Part shown: one piece after another, positions 1-9,929 of the stretch | Layout: every line of letters starts with the position of its first letter | Position numbering within the stretch: the first letter of the stretch is position 1 | From: Squalus acanthias | Lineage: Eukaryota | Direction: 5' to 3' | Assembly (NCBI GenBank): GCA_030390025.1 | Contig: CM059430.1 | Coordinates: forward strand, 62,682,001-62,746,000 | DNA length: 64,000 nt | Made by a program: the position numbers and the translations under genes | The notes under the pieces: generated by a model | What the model saw: only the letters and a program-made list of their open reading frames with translations | What the model was told of the DNA's origin: nothing | Databases searched by the model: none

Positions 1-694
1 GATATTCCGATCGCTGGCCTCCCGCGAGCGGAGGACTGCGATCTGGAAAAATCTGCGCCCTTACCTGAGGGCTCCCGGGAGGCGCACAGTTCCGCTCCTT
101 GGCCTCTCCAAACTGCCGGTGCGCAGGGCCCAGGTATCCCAGAGGCGCAGGTAGTTCGCAGCTTCCCTGGGATCATGTGGGCCATGGGGAGCCAATCAAA
201 GAAGGGAATCTCCCTACATACATTTGACAGGAAGACCTGTCAAATATATGAATGGAGATCACCCCCAAAACATAGTAAAACTTTAAATAAATTTTAAAAA
301 ACATCACATTTTTAAAATGACTTCAGAGTACAAATAAATTAAGTATTTTAAACAAAATTATAAATTTTTGAAAAAAATTATTAAAGTTTTTTACGGCGCT
401 AAAAATAAATTTACCTTTTTTAAAAATATTTTTGAATGATAAATCAGTGAAAAAAAAAATTTTCAACACTTATCCTGGTAAAAGCAGACCCTACGCCTGC
501 TTTTACCAGGCGCAAGAATTGTAAGGGTTTTCTGCGGGCGGAGGGTCTCCAAAAAGCGGAACTCATCGCCCGCAGAGGCACTTCTCCCGGGCAGCCGCAG
601 CATACGCAGTGCATGCCTGAAACCGGCATTTCCGATGTCCCTGCGGGTGGGTACACAGGGCGTACCCACCCGTAGGGATCGGAATATCCGGCCC
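1..694. mobile_element. Non-autonomous TIR element (MITE-like, ~740-bp family), left TIR clipped by the window start
   Basis: gatattccgatc at 1 is the reverse complement of gatcggaatatc near 678-689. Internal TTTGACAGGAAGACCTGTCAAA hairpin shared with other copies. Confidence 0.75.
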
Positions 695-1870
695 ATTGTT
701 CAACTTGTGTAAGAGCTTAGGTAGAACTATGGTAGAATAAAAAATAACTTAAAAGGCGCCGCCTAACTGACCAAGAATGGAGAGTTATTATTTGAGAAAC
801 GTGGACTTCTTTAACTGGAGCACAAAAGATTGCTGAGTGGCTTGATAAAGGTTTTCAAACTACAAGTCGTTATGACAAGAAAACAGTGATAAGTTTTTTT
901 CACTGTCCAGTAGACGGTGGCGAATGAGCACAACTTTAACATAATCGGAAAAAATAAACGGAGAGGTAAAATACTTTTTGCGCAGAGGTTGGTTAGAATA
1001 TGAGATGTGGCCGTCCTCTGCCAAAAAATGTTGCTGAATCACAGCCCAAGAGTTATTTTAGAATTGAATTAGTTGCTTGAAAACGAGGAATATTAACGAC
1101 TGTGCGAATCTAAATAGTAACTGGAACTAACTGAGTGGTTCACGTGGAGAGAAAAAAAGTGCAGTCTTTGTTTCTGAGCTGTAAAACGGTTGTTTATGCA
1201 CACAGTCATCAAGCCAGACGAGTTAGGCAGAACAAAAGGCAACGGATTCGCTTCGTTTTGTATTATCTTTACATTCGGAGCTAAACCCTTCGTCACTGGA
1301 ACTGTTCGGCGGCCTTTCATCCCGTAACTAGCCACACAATTTTCTAACCCGGTAATTCAAGTGATCTACTTCCTCAATACTCACAGCTTCATCAAGTAAA
1401 CTACGAGTTGCTTATAGCTGACGAGGCAGCCACGCTATTATAGATAACGTGTTGTAGTTCTATTCTGTCTCTTTAGGCTTGTTAATTCTCTAGTTGCGTG
1501 CCAAACAATACAACCTCCTTATATCTATATTATCCACGACTGTCAACATTTTAAAGGCCTGTTTCGTTCGGTCTTTTCTCCAATAAAAATGCATTACGCT
1601 CTGTAGAGCTTGTCTCACAACGTAAGTAGTATGTCCCGGATTCATTATTGTTGGTCGTCTTAGAACTCTCTGGAATCACTATCCTTTTCAAGAGACAGCC
1701 TAATGAGAACAATCGGGTAATTTGCTTTAGTAGCTTTAGAATCGCCTGCACACGAGTTCAGAACACGGTAACGCAACACATCAGTCAAAACTCAGGCTTT
1801 GCAGTTTTAGCCGAAAAAAGCAATAAATCAGGAATGGTTGATTGATAAGAGAGGTCGTATAACACCTATT

Positions 1871-1876
1871 TTTATT
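1871..1876 (-). terminator. Poly(A) signal AATAAA, gene A
   Basis: tttatt on + strand, in a block homologous to 30414-30419 downstream of gene B. Confidence 0.5.
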
Positions 1877-2060
1877 GACTTTATGTATGATAATAACTAG
1901 ATGCAGCAAAACAAATAGTGTATCATTACAGGGATTTGTCATCTGTGAAATACTATAGATTGATCAAAAATGTGCAAGGCAAGATCATTTTCTTACAAAT
2001 AAGTAAATGAAAATTCCTCAAATATTTAAGATAATAACAAACTATTACACCCACATTCAA

Positions 2061-2156
2061 TTACATGACACTAGAATATGTTACCCTGTTTTTTTTTGTA
2101 ATTCTCCGATTTTTCGACCCAGTCAATTCTAGAGTCGCTTCGGTGCCTTGTTTTAT
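2061..2156 (-). pseudogene. Decayed homolog of gene B's ITIM exon (now predicted 3' UTR of gene A)
   Basis: Acceptor gttgacag|ATA AAA CAA GGC ACC aligns with gene B ACC GAA CAA GGG ACA. A ~15-nt deletion removes the first Tyr motif and a 1-nt deletion follows LTGS. Confidence 0.6.
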
Positions 2157-3122
2157 CTGTCAACCCGTGTTTGGAAATATTGTAATTTGGTCGTTTTGCC
2201 AATTTTGTGGACTGCTGCCGAAAACAATCATCAGATTAACACACAGACAGCTTGAGGTACACTACACGACCCGAGTCACCCAACCCCTTGTAGTCTCAGT
2301 TATCGCATGAATGTTGGTGCTGCACTGGTGATCTGTGTCTTTCTGATCCACTACCCAGCCCCGGCTGATGGAACACAGTCCTCTCCTCTTCAAGTTTACA
2401 TCTTGTAGTTAACTTAATTCTGCTCTAACCTACTGCAGTATATCAACAATCTAAGCCTTTTCTACCCGCATGGGCCAGAAATAATTAAATATTTTCTAAC
2501 CTGGCTCGTTCATTGCCTTCACCAGTTTACAGACTACTGGTTAAACATTGAACAGAACAACATAGGCTAGATAGAAAGGGCAGGAAGCACAATTAATGCA
2601 GTGATACAAGTGCGAATGTTAAGACCGGTGAGTACTGGTCGTTATAACTAATAATTAAACCTATCAATATTCGTTTTACAATACAATGTTACAGAAATGT
2701 TTAAATGAGCGTAAGTTCCAGAATACTGAGTTGCCCAATTACAAATAATATTGAATCTATAAACAGTTATTAATTAGGAACATTTTCAACGAAGCTGACC
2801 GTTTTCTTCTCTGCTAGATAATCACTTAAACCAGCAACGCACCGGGGGCGCGGCTGAAATTGTTCTTCAGCGGTAGCGCGAAACAGGCGATAGCGATTCG
2901 GCATCCGGTTTTACACCCCGCTCGCATTTTTTTCCGAAAGCCAATTTCGCCCCGTGAGTGAAATCCTTTCCCGACGGCATCAAAAATGTTGTTGAATACG
3001 ATTTGAATGACCCATTAAGCGGAACAAATACTTTTAGGAAGTAGACAAACTACTCTGACGTGATTATGATATTAATCTTTCTTCATATTTGAACCTATTG
3101 CGGGATGAAGGAATAAATGTAC

Positions 3123-3164
3123 CAGCTCCTCACGCCAGTTCGGTCCCTTTACGGCAATGTTTCC
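3123..3164 (-). CDS. Gene A cytoplasmic exon 1, with in-frame stop at 3130-3132
   Basis: Acceptor gcttcacag|GG, donor CTG|GTACAT. 42 nt vs 44 nt in gene B, so the frame shifts to GKHCRKGTELA*. Confidence 0.65.
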
Positions 3165-6100
3165 CTGTGAAGCAATGAAATTTAATCATAATGAATGATT
3201 GAAATATTTACAGAATTTGCATGTCAATGCTTGCAAAGACCTTTCTAGAGTCGCTATAATGCCGAACATGGTTTTCAGATTCAGATTGTGCTGTTAGTGT
3301 TTGAAATCTCACTGCAGCCACCAGGAATGTTGTAAAACCATTCCGGGTCGGTGTCTCACACCTATTCAAAATACGTTCCATTCATCATGCTGCGAAATGG
3401 AAATTTCTGTTGCAAATATCCAGATAATCAGATCCTTTTAATTTAAATTCTGCGAGTATTTCTGCGTTTTAAAGAGCTGAATCTGTTGCTGTTTGGAACA
3501 ATCAGCGCTCCCTGAAATCAGATAGCACTGCCTTCAACTTTAAGTCATAATTTAAATCTCCATCCTCTGCGCTACTCGGAAACACTCACTCCCCCGTCCC
3601 CCGGAGCTCGCTGAAGTATTGTATGAAAATCAAATGCTTACAATAGATCTTACCTTTATTAATCTGCAACTGGCAGTGCATCCCAATGATGATCAGGAGC
3701 AGCAGGAACGCTAATCCATCAACCGCATATCTAAAACCCGAGTAGTAAGGGCACATACCGACGCTATCTGCAAGAATAATAGGAGCAAATATATTAAGTT
3801 GTACATAGTGGCGAGTGTTTGGTAAACGAGGCCACAGCAGAGTTCATTCGTTGAACTATTGATGTTTTTAGTAACCCCTTAGTATCCAACAGCAATAAGG
3901 ATGTTTTAATTAAAAAACTGTTATTCATTTTTAGATGTAATATTGGGAGGGACTTATGCACCTAATGGATAAGACAATTATGGCATTAACTGCGAAGAGC
4001 GATTGGTGCAGGAGAGGTAATATACGAGCGGAATGTTTCCCTGGAACGAATGGCTTGTTCTTATCGTAAACTTTTCTTATGTTCTTTACTTACTGTCTGA
4101 TGTAATCACAGGCAATTCGGGAACAATTGTTTCGCCGTTCCCTGTACAAAATGTCGAATTGCAGAAATCGTTTAAAACCCCCAGTTCACACGTCTATACT
4201 TCATTGAAGTAAGAATGTCACTGAATAGTGAAGGAGATGGTTTATTAATTATTCTCTGCCCAGTTTAGCAGTTCTTAATAAAATGATGTAACCTGCTGAA
4301 AAGCAGTCAGACAGTAAGAACAGTTTAAATTAAATGTATGAGACAGATCCCACTTCAGACCGCTGCGCCAAGATTAGAAGTAGGCCAAAGTGTTAATTTC
4401 AGAACTCTTCATTCAGAATCCGCAAAAAGCGGATCAGGATCGGGAACTGCATTGGGAGAAATCCGAGAGCAGACAACTTGATCGTAGCTCCTGGTAATCG
4501 TCCAGATGAAGCAAAACCAGATAATGGTAAGGAATAAACATTTTAACATGGAAATAAAACAAAGAGTAACAATCAGCAAAATATGAAATATAATCGGATA
4601 ACAAAGATGAGCCTCATGTTTATATGTGTTATGTATCAAATACAGGAACTTGAAGGCTTAATAATGTTTTACTGAGAATGTTTGTAAGGCAGACGATATA
4701 CCCGGTTTTACAACACATTGGTTTCCTCTAATCATTCAAACATGGATTTTATGTGTTCGTTTATATTCCCATGAGTTGTCCGTGTACTCCAGCAACCATT
4801 CAAAAAGACTTCCTTAATTTCACTCCCTTATGAAAAGATTTCCAAATTCTTTCGATTCAGGTGCCCACGGCTCCGACTTACATCCCCAAGAAAACCACAC
4901 TCCTTCCAATGCAGCAGTACAACCTCATACTCGCCATGCGCAAAGCCATGAGAAATAAGCATTATATATGGATTTCCAACGGTACAGTACATTTGAGCAT
5001 AGGCTATTCAATAACAAGAAGGTGACTCCGGGGGTTATAATATCATCAGTCTCCTGTGGTGTTGCTCTTCTTGAAATTGTATCTTTGCTCCTTTCCCACT
5101 TGCGAATTACTTTTGTGCCGCCCTCTCTATCTTTGTCTTACACCATTTTTTCTTCATCTTTCTATTTGTATGTTTGTCTTACACTTTATTCATTCTGCTG
5201 TCTGTAACGGTCTATGTAAATGTCTATGCAGCAATGTTTTGCATTTTGTCTGTTTCCCTTCTAATGAATTAAATCTCTATTATTTCTCTCCTTAGGTAGT
5301 TCCAAATGTTGTGTATTGGCTCCCACACAAGTTCCATTTTTAATATATTAAAAATCTATCTCTTCCCATTGTTTAAGTACTTCGGGATGTGGGAAGATGC
5401 AAGGCAACATGTACTAGGTGAAAGAGGCTTTTGGAGAGGTGATGCAAGATAGAGATTTGAGACAGAAAAAGGGATGGGGAGACTGTCTGACTGGAAGGGG
5501 TGTAGGCAGAGCTGTGGCCAGGACGAAACAATGGAATAGATTTCGATCATGAAAGTTGGAGGGGAAGGTAGTCTTGAACAGAATGGAAGAAGGTACGACC
5601 TAGGATTAATCATGTTGTCTTGTTTGGGACTGTTGGGATTTGGAAACTTGATGGGATTTTAGCGTGTGTTCTTGGTTGCTCGGCTTATCTTGCACTGGGG
5701 GGGGGGGGGGCGGTGGGCGGTGGGCGGGGGTAGAAGGCAATTGCGTAACTGAAATGTGAGACCTGGGAACACAGGAAATGAGCTTGTGTTTGGGAGTAAT
5801 TGACAGTGTAAAACCCCTCACAGTGAATCGCCCATCAGAGGCCGGACTCAGGAGCCCCAGTAGGAGACGCTCGAAACCATACAAACGAACTGCCGCTCTT
5901 GGTCCTGCAACGGATGTAAGGAACCAGATAAAGGGAAACAAATGAGTTTTGAGTAATCAGCAAGAAATGAAAATAATTGGATAAAAGAGGAACATCGCCT
6001 GATCATATTTGTTTTAACAATTGGAAGCTGATGAGGTTTAACAGGCAGTTACTGGGTGGAGGACGATAATAATCATTCGGCTTTACTATGGTTAAGTGTC

Positions 6101-7970
6101 AACAAGATTGTACATTGAAACATTAATTTTCTCTTTGCTTTGATATTTCCTGGGAGTTTATTTTTAAACAATCTTTATGATTATCAATATGAATAAACTA
6201 TATGAAGTACCCTTTTCAGAATATAACTGCAGCTGACCTCACCTGTTCCATTCGTAATTGGGTCGCAATTGTTAACTGTGTAGCTGGCAATGGCGGGTAT
6301 CTGAAGGGAGGCATGAGATACCAAACAGATGTAAACATCCCCGTTAGGCACAGACTGCGTCTCTTCAAAAGGGCTGGAAACTTCATACAGTCCCTCAGTG
6401 TTCTGCCGTTTAGTGTCATTTATCCCAGTTGCGGTTTCGACGCCATTTTTATACCAAACGAGGGTTAAATCGCCCGGGTAAAACTCAGCCGTTTCACACA
6501 CAAGAATCAGAAACGCAGATGAAATGCTCTCCGGTGTCCTGGGGGAAATCTTCAATGGAGTTGGGGCAGCTGTCGAACAGAGAATGTAGAAAATCAGGTT
6601 ACTGGGGAGATATTAAGCATAAGATATGGAAGAACAATGGTATCCTCAGTCGCTCTCTGTTTGTTTGTCACTCTGGGTCTGTCTGTCTGACTCCCCAAGA
6701 GAGCCGTGTTTATGGCGGGAGCGGTGCATTATTAGAAAAGATTTTCAGCCAGTCATCAATATATTTGGAATTTGTTCCGCAACTTCCATCTTCAGAAGTC
6801 TGATGCAAAAATTACATTTTGAGATGAATAGTGTAACATGTTAACTTGTTAGTAACTTTAATATTGCTGGAATTTTACACAACTCAGCAAATGAAGCGTC
6901 ATATTATGCCGTATAATTAGTAGTTGTGTGCAGAGTTTCACTGTAAATGTAGTAATATATTGTTTTATAATATCAAAGACGGTGCAATAAAACAATGACA
7001 AAACATCATCATTGTTACATTTGGAAATTCCCGCTCTCTCCGGTCACTTACCGCTCACAGTTAGATGTGATCCTGTTCCTTTTCCAATAATTCTTCCCTG
7101 ACGGATCACTGCGCACTGATACACTCCAGAGTCCCGATAGTCGCGCTCAGTAACTCAAATAAACCGTCTCCATTATCTTTCAGAGTAAATCTTTTTCTGC
7201 TATCGGCTACTCTTTGCAGATATTCATTCTCACCCTCTTTCTTCCAATGCACTTCTATCCCTGAATTGCGAAGGGACCCTGGGACTACGCAGTGGAAGGT
7301 GATGTTTGTCCCCATTAATATCGCTACTTTTCTGGGATTTTGAGGCACGCTGATCGAAGAGTTCGGAAATTCCCGCTCTCTCCGGTCACTTACCGTTCAC
7401 AGTTAGATGTGATCCTGCTCCTTTTCCAATAATTCTTCCCTGACGGATCACTGCGCAGTGATACATTCCAGTGTCCCGGATAGTCGCGGTCAGTAACTCA
7501 AATAAAGCGTCTCCATTATCTTTCAGAGTAAATCTATTTCTGCTATCGGCTCCTCTTTGCAGATATTCATTCTCACCCTCTTTCTTCCAATGCACTTCTA
7601 TCTCTGAATTGCGAAGGGACCCTGGGACTACGCAGTGGAAGGTGATGTTTGTCCCCCTTAATATACGTACTTTTCTGGGAGTTTGAGACACGCTGATCGA
7701 AGAGTTCGCAGCAGCTGTTGGAAAATATATTCAAAGTTTGCTTAATTGTTTTCTATGCGGAACCAAACACTTTAAAATGCATTTCTACATGGAAATGAAA
7801 AAGCGTTAAAAGAATACAGACCGACTAATTATATTTCATTCAATTTGTGTGGTAACTATTTCAGGTATGTTTTTAATTAAGACAGATCGATTTGAGAATA
7901 AACAGGTACCTGTGAAAATGATCCCTGGGAGAGACAGGAACAGGAAAAGAAACATCACAGTCGACAACAT
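3130..7970 (-). CDS. Gene A: V-C1-TM IgSF receptor with short tail (candidate activating or decoy form). Spliced CDS join(7910-7970, 7394-7714, 6243-6569, 3654-3767, 3130-3164), 285 aa
   Basis: All introns are GT-AG and phase 1, giving one open frame: signal peptide MLSTVMFLFLFLSLPGIIFTA, V domain, C1 domain, TM exon, then GKHCRKGTELA*. Exon for exon paralogous to gene B. Confidence 0.75.
3654..3767 (-). CDS. Gene A transmembrane exon: DSVGMCPYYSGFRYAVDGLAFLLLLIIIGMHCQLQINK
   Basis: Acceptor tattcttgcag|AT, donor AAAG|GTAAGA, 114 nt, phase 1-1. Same length as 41801-41914. Confidence 0.8.
4399..4490 (-). CDS. Gene A candidate alternative terminal exon (hydrophobic, GPI-signal-like): GATIKLSALGFLPMQFPILIRFLRILNEEF*
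   Basis: Acceptor ttaccag|GA, phase 1. Same 92-nt length and stop position as paralog 42578-42669. Minus-strand AATAAA at 4241-4246. Confidence 0.45.
6243..6569 (-). CDS. Gene A exon 3, Ig C1-set domain plus hinge
   Basis: Acceptor ctctgttcgacag|CTG, donor ACAG|GTGAGG. C1 motifs LVC..EFYPGDLTLVWYKNG and YICLVSHASL; extra Cys in NNCDP. Confidence 0.9.
7052..7364 (-). pseudogene. Orphan second V exon (V-psi) in gene A intron 2
   Basis: Direct tandem repeat 7023-7364 / 7365-7707. Keeps the GTAAGT donor but lacks the splice acceptor, and has a 1-nt deletion near 7135 (gtcccgatag vs gtcccggatag) that frameshifts before DSGVYQC. Confidence 0.85.
7394..7714 (-). CDS. Gene A exon 2, Ig V-set domain with germline-joined J-like strand
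   Basis: Acceptor ttttccaacag|CTG, donor AACG|GTAAGT, 321 nt. Motifs ITFHC...VHWKK...DTGMYHC...GKGAGSHLTV. Confidence 0.9.
7910..7970 (-). CDS. Gene A exon 1, signal peptide
   Basis: ATG at 7970, hydrophobic 20 codons, donor ACAG|GTACCT (phase 1). Nearly identical to 44951-45011. Confidence 0.85.
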
Positions 7971-8039
7971 TCCGAGCAAAAGATTCAACTGATCACTGAC
8001 TGCACAGACCGTGTGTTTGCCACTGAAAGAAGGGTTTGC

Positions 8040-8160
8040 TGATTATTTAAACCGAAATGCTTCGTAATGACGTTTGACATCCTGTGTCTGTGGGTTAAAA
8101 ATGGGTTTCGTTTGTGAAGTGAAATTTGATGACCGTTCTGCTCTTAGGCAGCCATTGGGA
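8040..8160 (-). promoter_or_regulatory. Putative proximal promoter of gene A (paralog ~45080-45200)
   Basis: CCAAT 8154-8158, IRF-like GAAGTGAAA ~8116-8124, CRE half-site TGACG ~8068, TATA-like TTTAAATAA ~8044-8052. All retained upstream of gene B, but the motifs are short. Confidence 0.35.
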
Positions 8161-8937
8161 TCAGCTGTGTCACGGTCAACAAAGGCTTTGGAAAAAAAAA
8201 ATCCGAATTCCAAATAGAGAATTTACCACCGATCGCTGAGCCAGTGTTGGTTTCTCCCAAATGAAGATGTCGAATGTGCACATTCCTTGTAGTGAATCTC
8301 GTGAGGCAAATATTCTTACACTTCCCTTAGGCTGGACGCTGCTGTTAACGTCACACAATAGACTACAGACGTCAAAGCGGGACAAACTGGGAACATTTAT
8401 AAATTGTTAATAATTAGTTCTTAAATAACAGTAGCAATATTTTATGATAAATACTGAAGGTGAGAAAATGACTGATTAACACAGCAGTTGTGTATAGAGA
8501 CTGTTCTACTATAATTCCAAGCATTGCTGCACATTTCACGTGATACTGGTGAGCTCCCATTCATTGTGATGTGTTATATCTCGGGAGACCTGATGCTATT
8601 CCGAACACAGTGACCTGAATCAGAACCGTCAATGATAACGATGGGGTTTATTTTCACCTTAAAATAACCTTATTGAATATTTAGGAAATAGAGCTTTGAT
8701 GATTCCTTCAGAGAGCTGCCGATGTGTGTTTGAGGTCAGGGCTTCTTTGCAAATGCAGTTTCCTGCTATCAGCGCGTCCTGCATAAAATGTTTGGAGGGA
8801 AATGTTGGTAGCCACGATGAAACTGTGCAAATTGGTTTGATAGCGGATATATTCGCTAGATTTTTTAAAAGGGCGTCTAGTGAGCTTCCAGGTCAAGAGC
8901 TTAATGGCCAAAAATATGTTCCGTAAGGTGAAGGGTA

Positions 8938-9677
8938 CCCAGAAATTAAACACGGAGCGTTCCTGCCGGGGTAAGGCTTCCCCGCGATATCTCACTGCGC
9001 GCCTACCTTTTCCCTCCGGGCTCACACGAACTTTAGTTTCAAGGCTGCAGCTGTGCAGTGCTTGCGTGAGCCAGAGACGCAGTTAGTTCGTGCGAGCTCT
9101 GGGATCACGTGATTCAGTTAGAGCCAATGGCAGCACACCATCTTTCATTCATAGTTTTGACAGGAAGACCTGTCAAAGCTATGAATCTATACCACCCCAA
9201 AAGAACAGCTAAACCTCAATTAATTTTTTTTAAAGCCATCACATTAATAAAATAAGTATAGTTAAATAAATTAACCACTTTAAACAAAAAATAAAAATTT
9301 TGAAAAAATGTAAAATCTTTTTATAAGTTATAAAAATAAACTTACCTTTCTTTAAAGTCTCTAAAAAAGATAAATCTGTTGAAAAAAATTTAAAATAATA
9401 CTTAATTAACTACTTACCTTGTTAAAAGAGGGTCTTACGCCTCCTTTCTTTATGTGCAAAATCTTCCATGCTTACCTGCGCGTTCAAAGCACTAAGTGCA
9501 CTGCGTGCGTGCAGCCTGTAGCGCGCACCCGGTTAACTTAGGAACCGCCCCCTTTTGAATTCACGAAGTGCCGGTTTCCCGCGCATGCGCAGTGCATGCT
9601 GGAAACCGGCAATTGAAGACCTAAAATGCAAGAGTACACAGTGCGTACTCTCGCGTATTAGGTCTAATTTTCGGGCC
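8938..9677. mobile_element. MITE-like TIR element ~1 kb upstream of gene A
   Basis: Ends cccagaaatt...aattttcgggcc. Empty site in the paralog at ~45965 (aagggtaatattctt). Confidence 0.85.
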
Positions 9678-9929
9678 AATATTTTTCTCATTCGAGTGCA
9701 TGGGAGTCTTCGTAGTTATTTGAAGTGTCTCCTAAAGCGTTCTCACATTGCAGCTGTCAACGGACGCCGCACTTAGAAAGTGTAGGTAAGGCTTTGTGCG
9801 TAGTACAGTATGCCACAAATTATTACCTACAATTTTTGATTGATTTATACAATCACACACCCTTCAGTTTATCTGATGTTTGTGGTCAAGTGTGGAGAGT
9901 AGCGAATGTTTCCAATCAAAACCAGAACA

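Noticed and set aside
700-1550. Possible solo LTR
   Set aside because: No second copy, TSD or clear terminal inverted repeat that I could support.
5696-5730. G-run giving a poly-Pro ORF, possible G-quadruplex
   Set aside because: Simple homopolymer expansion that is absent from the paralog at ~43085.
6184-6555. C1 exon as MHC class I alpha-3, class II or Ig constant gene
   Set aside because: No peptide-binding-domain exons. It is preceded by a V exon and followed by TM and ITIM-type tail exons.
6429-6803. Plus-strand 124-aa ORF conserved at 43806-44180
   Set aside because: Antisense to the C1 exon and intron. Conservation is explained by the recent duplication and there is no recognisable domain.
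7023-7714. Tandem V exons as rearranging V segments or as a V-V-C1 protein
   Set aside because: Each V already includes its J-like strand and ends in a splice donor, and I saw no heptamer-nonamer. The second V has no acceptor and is frameshifted.
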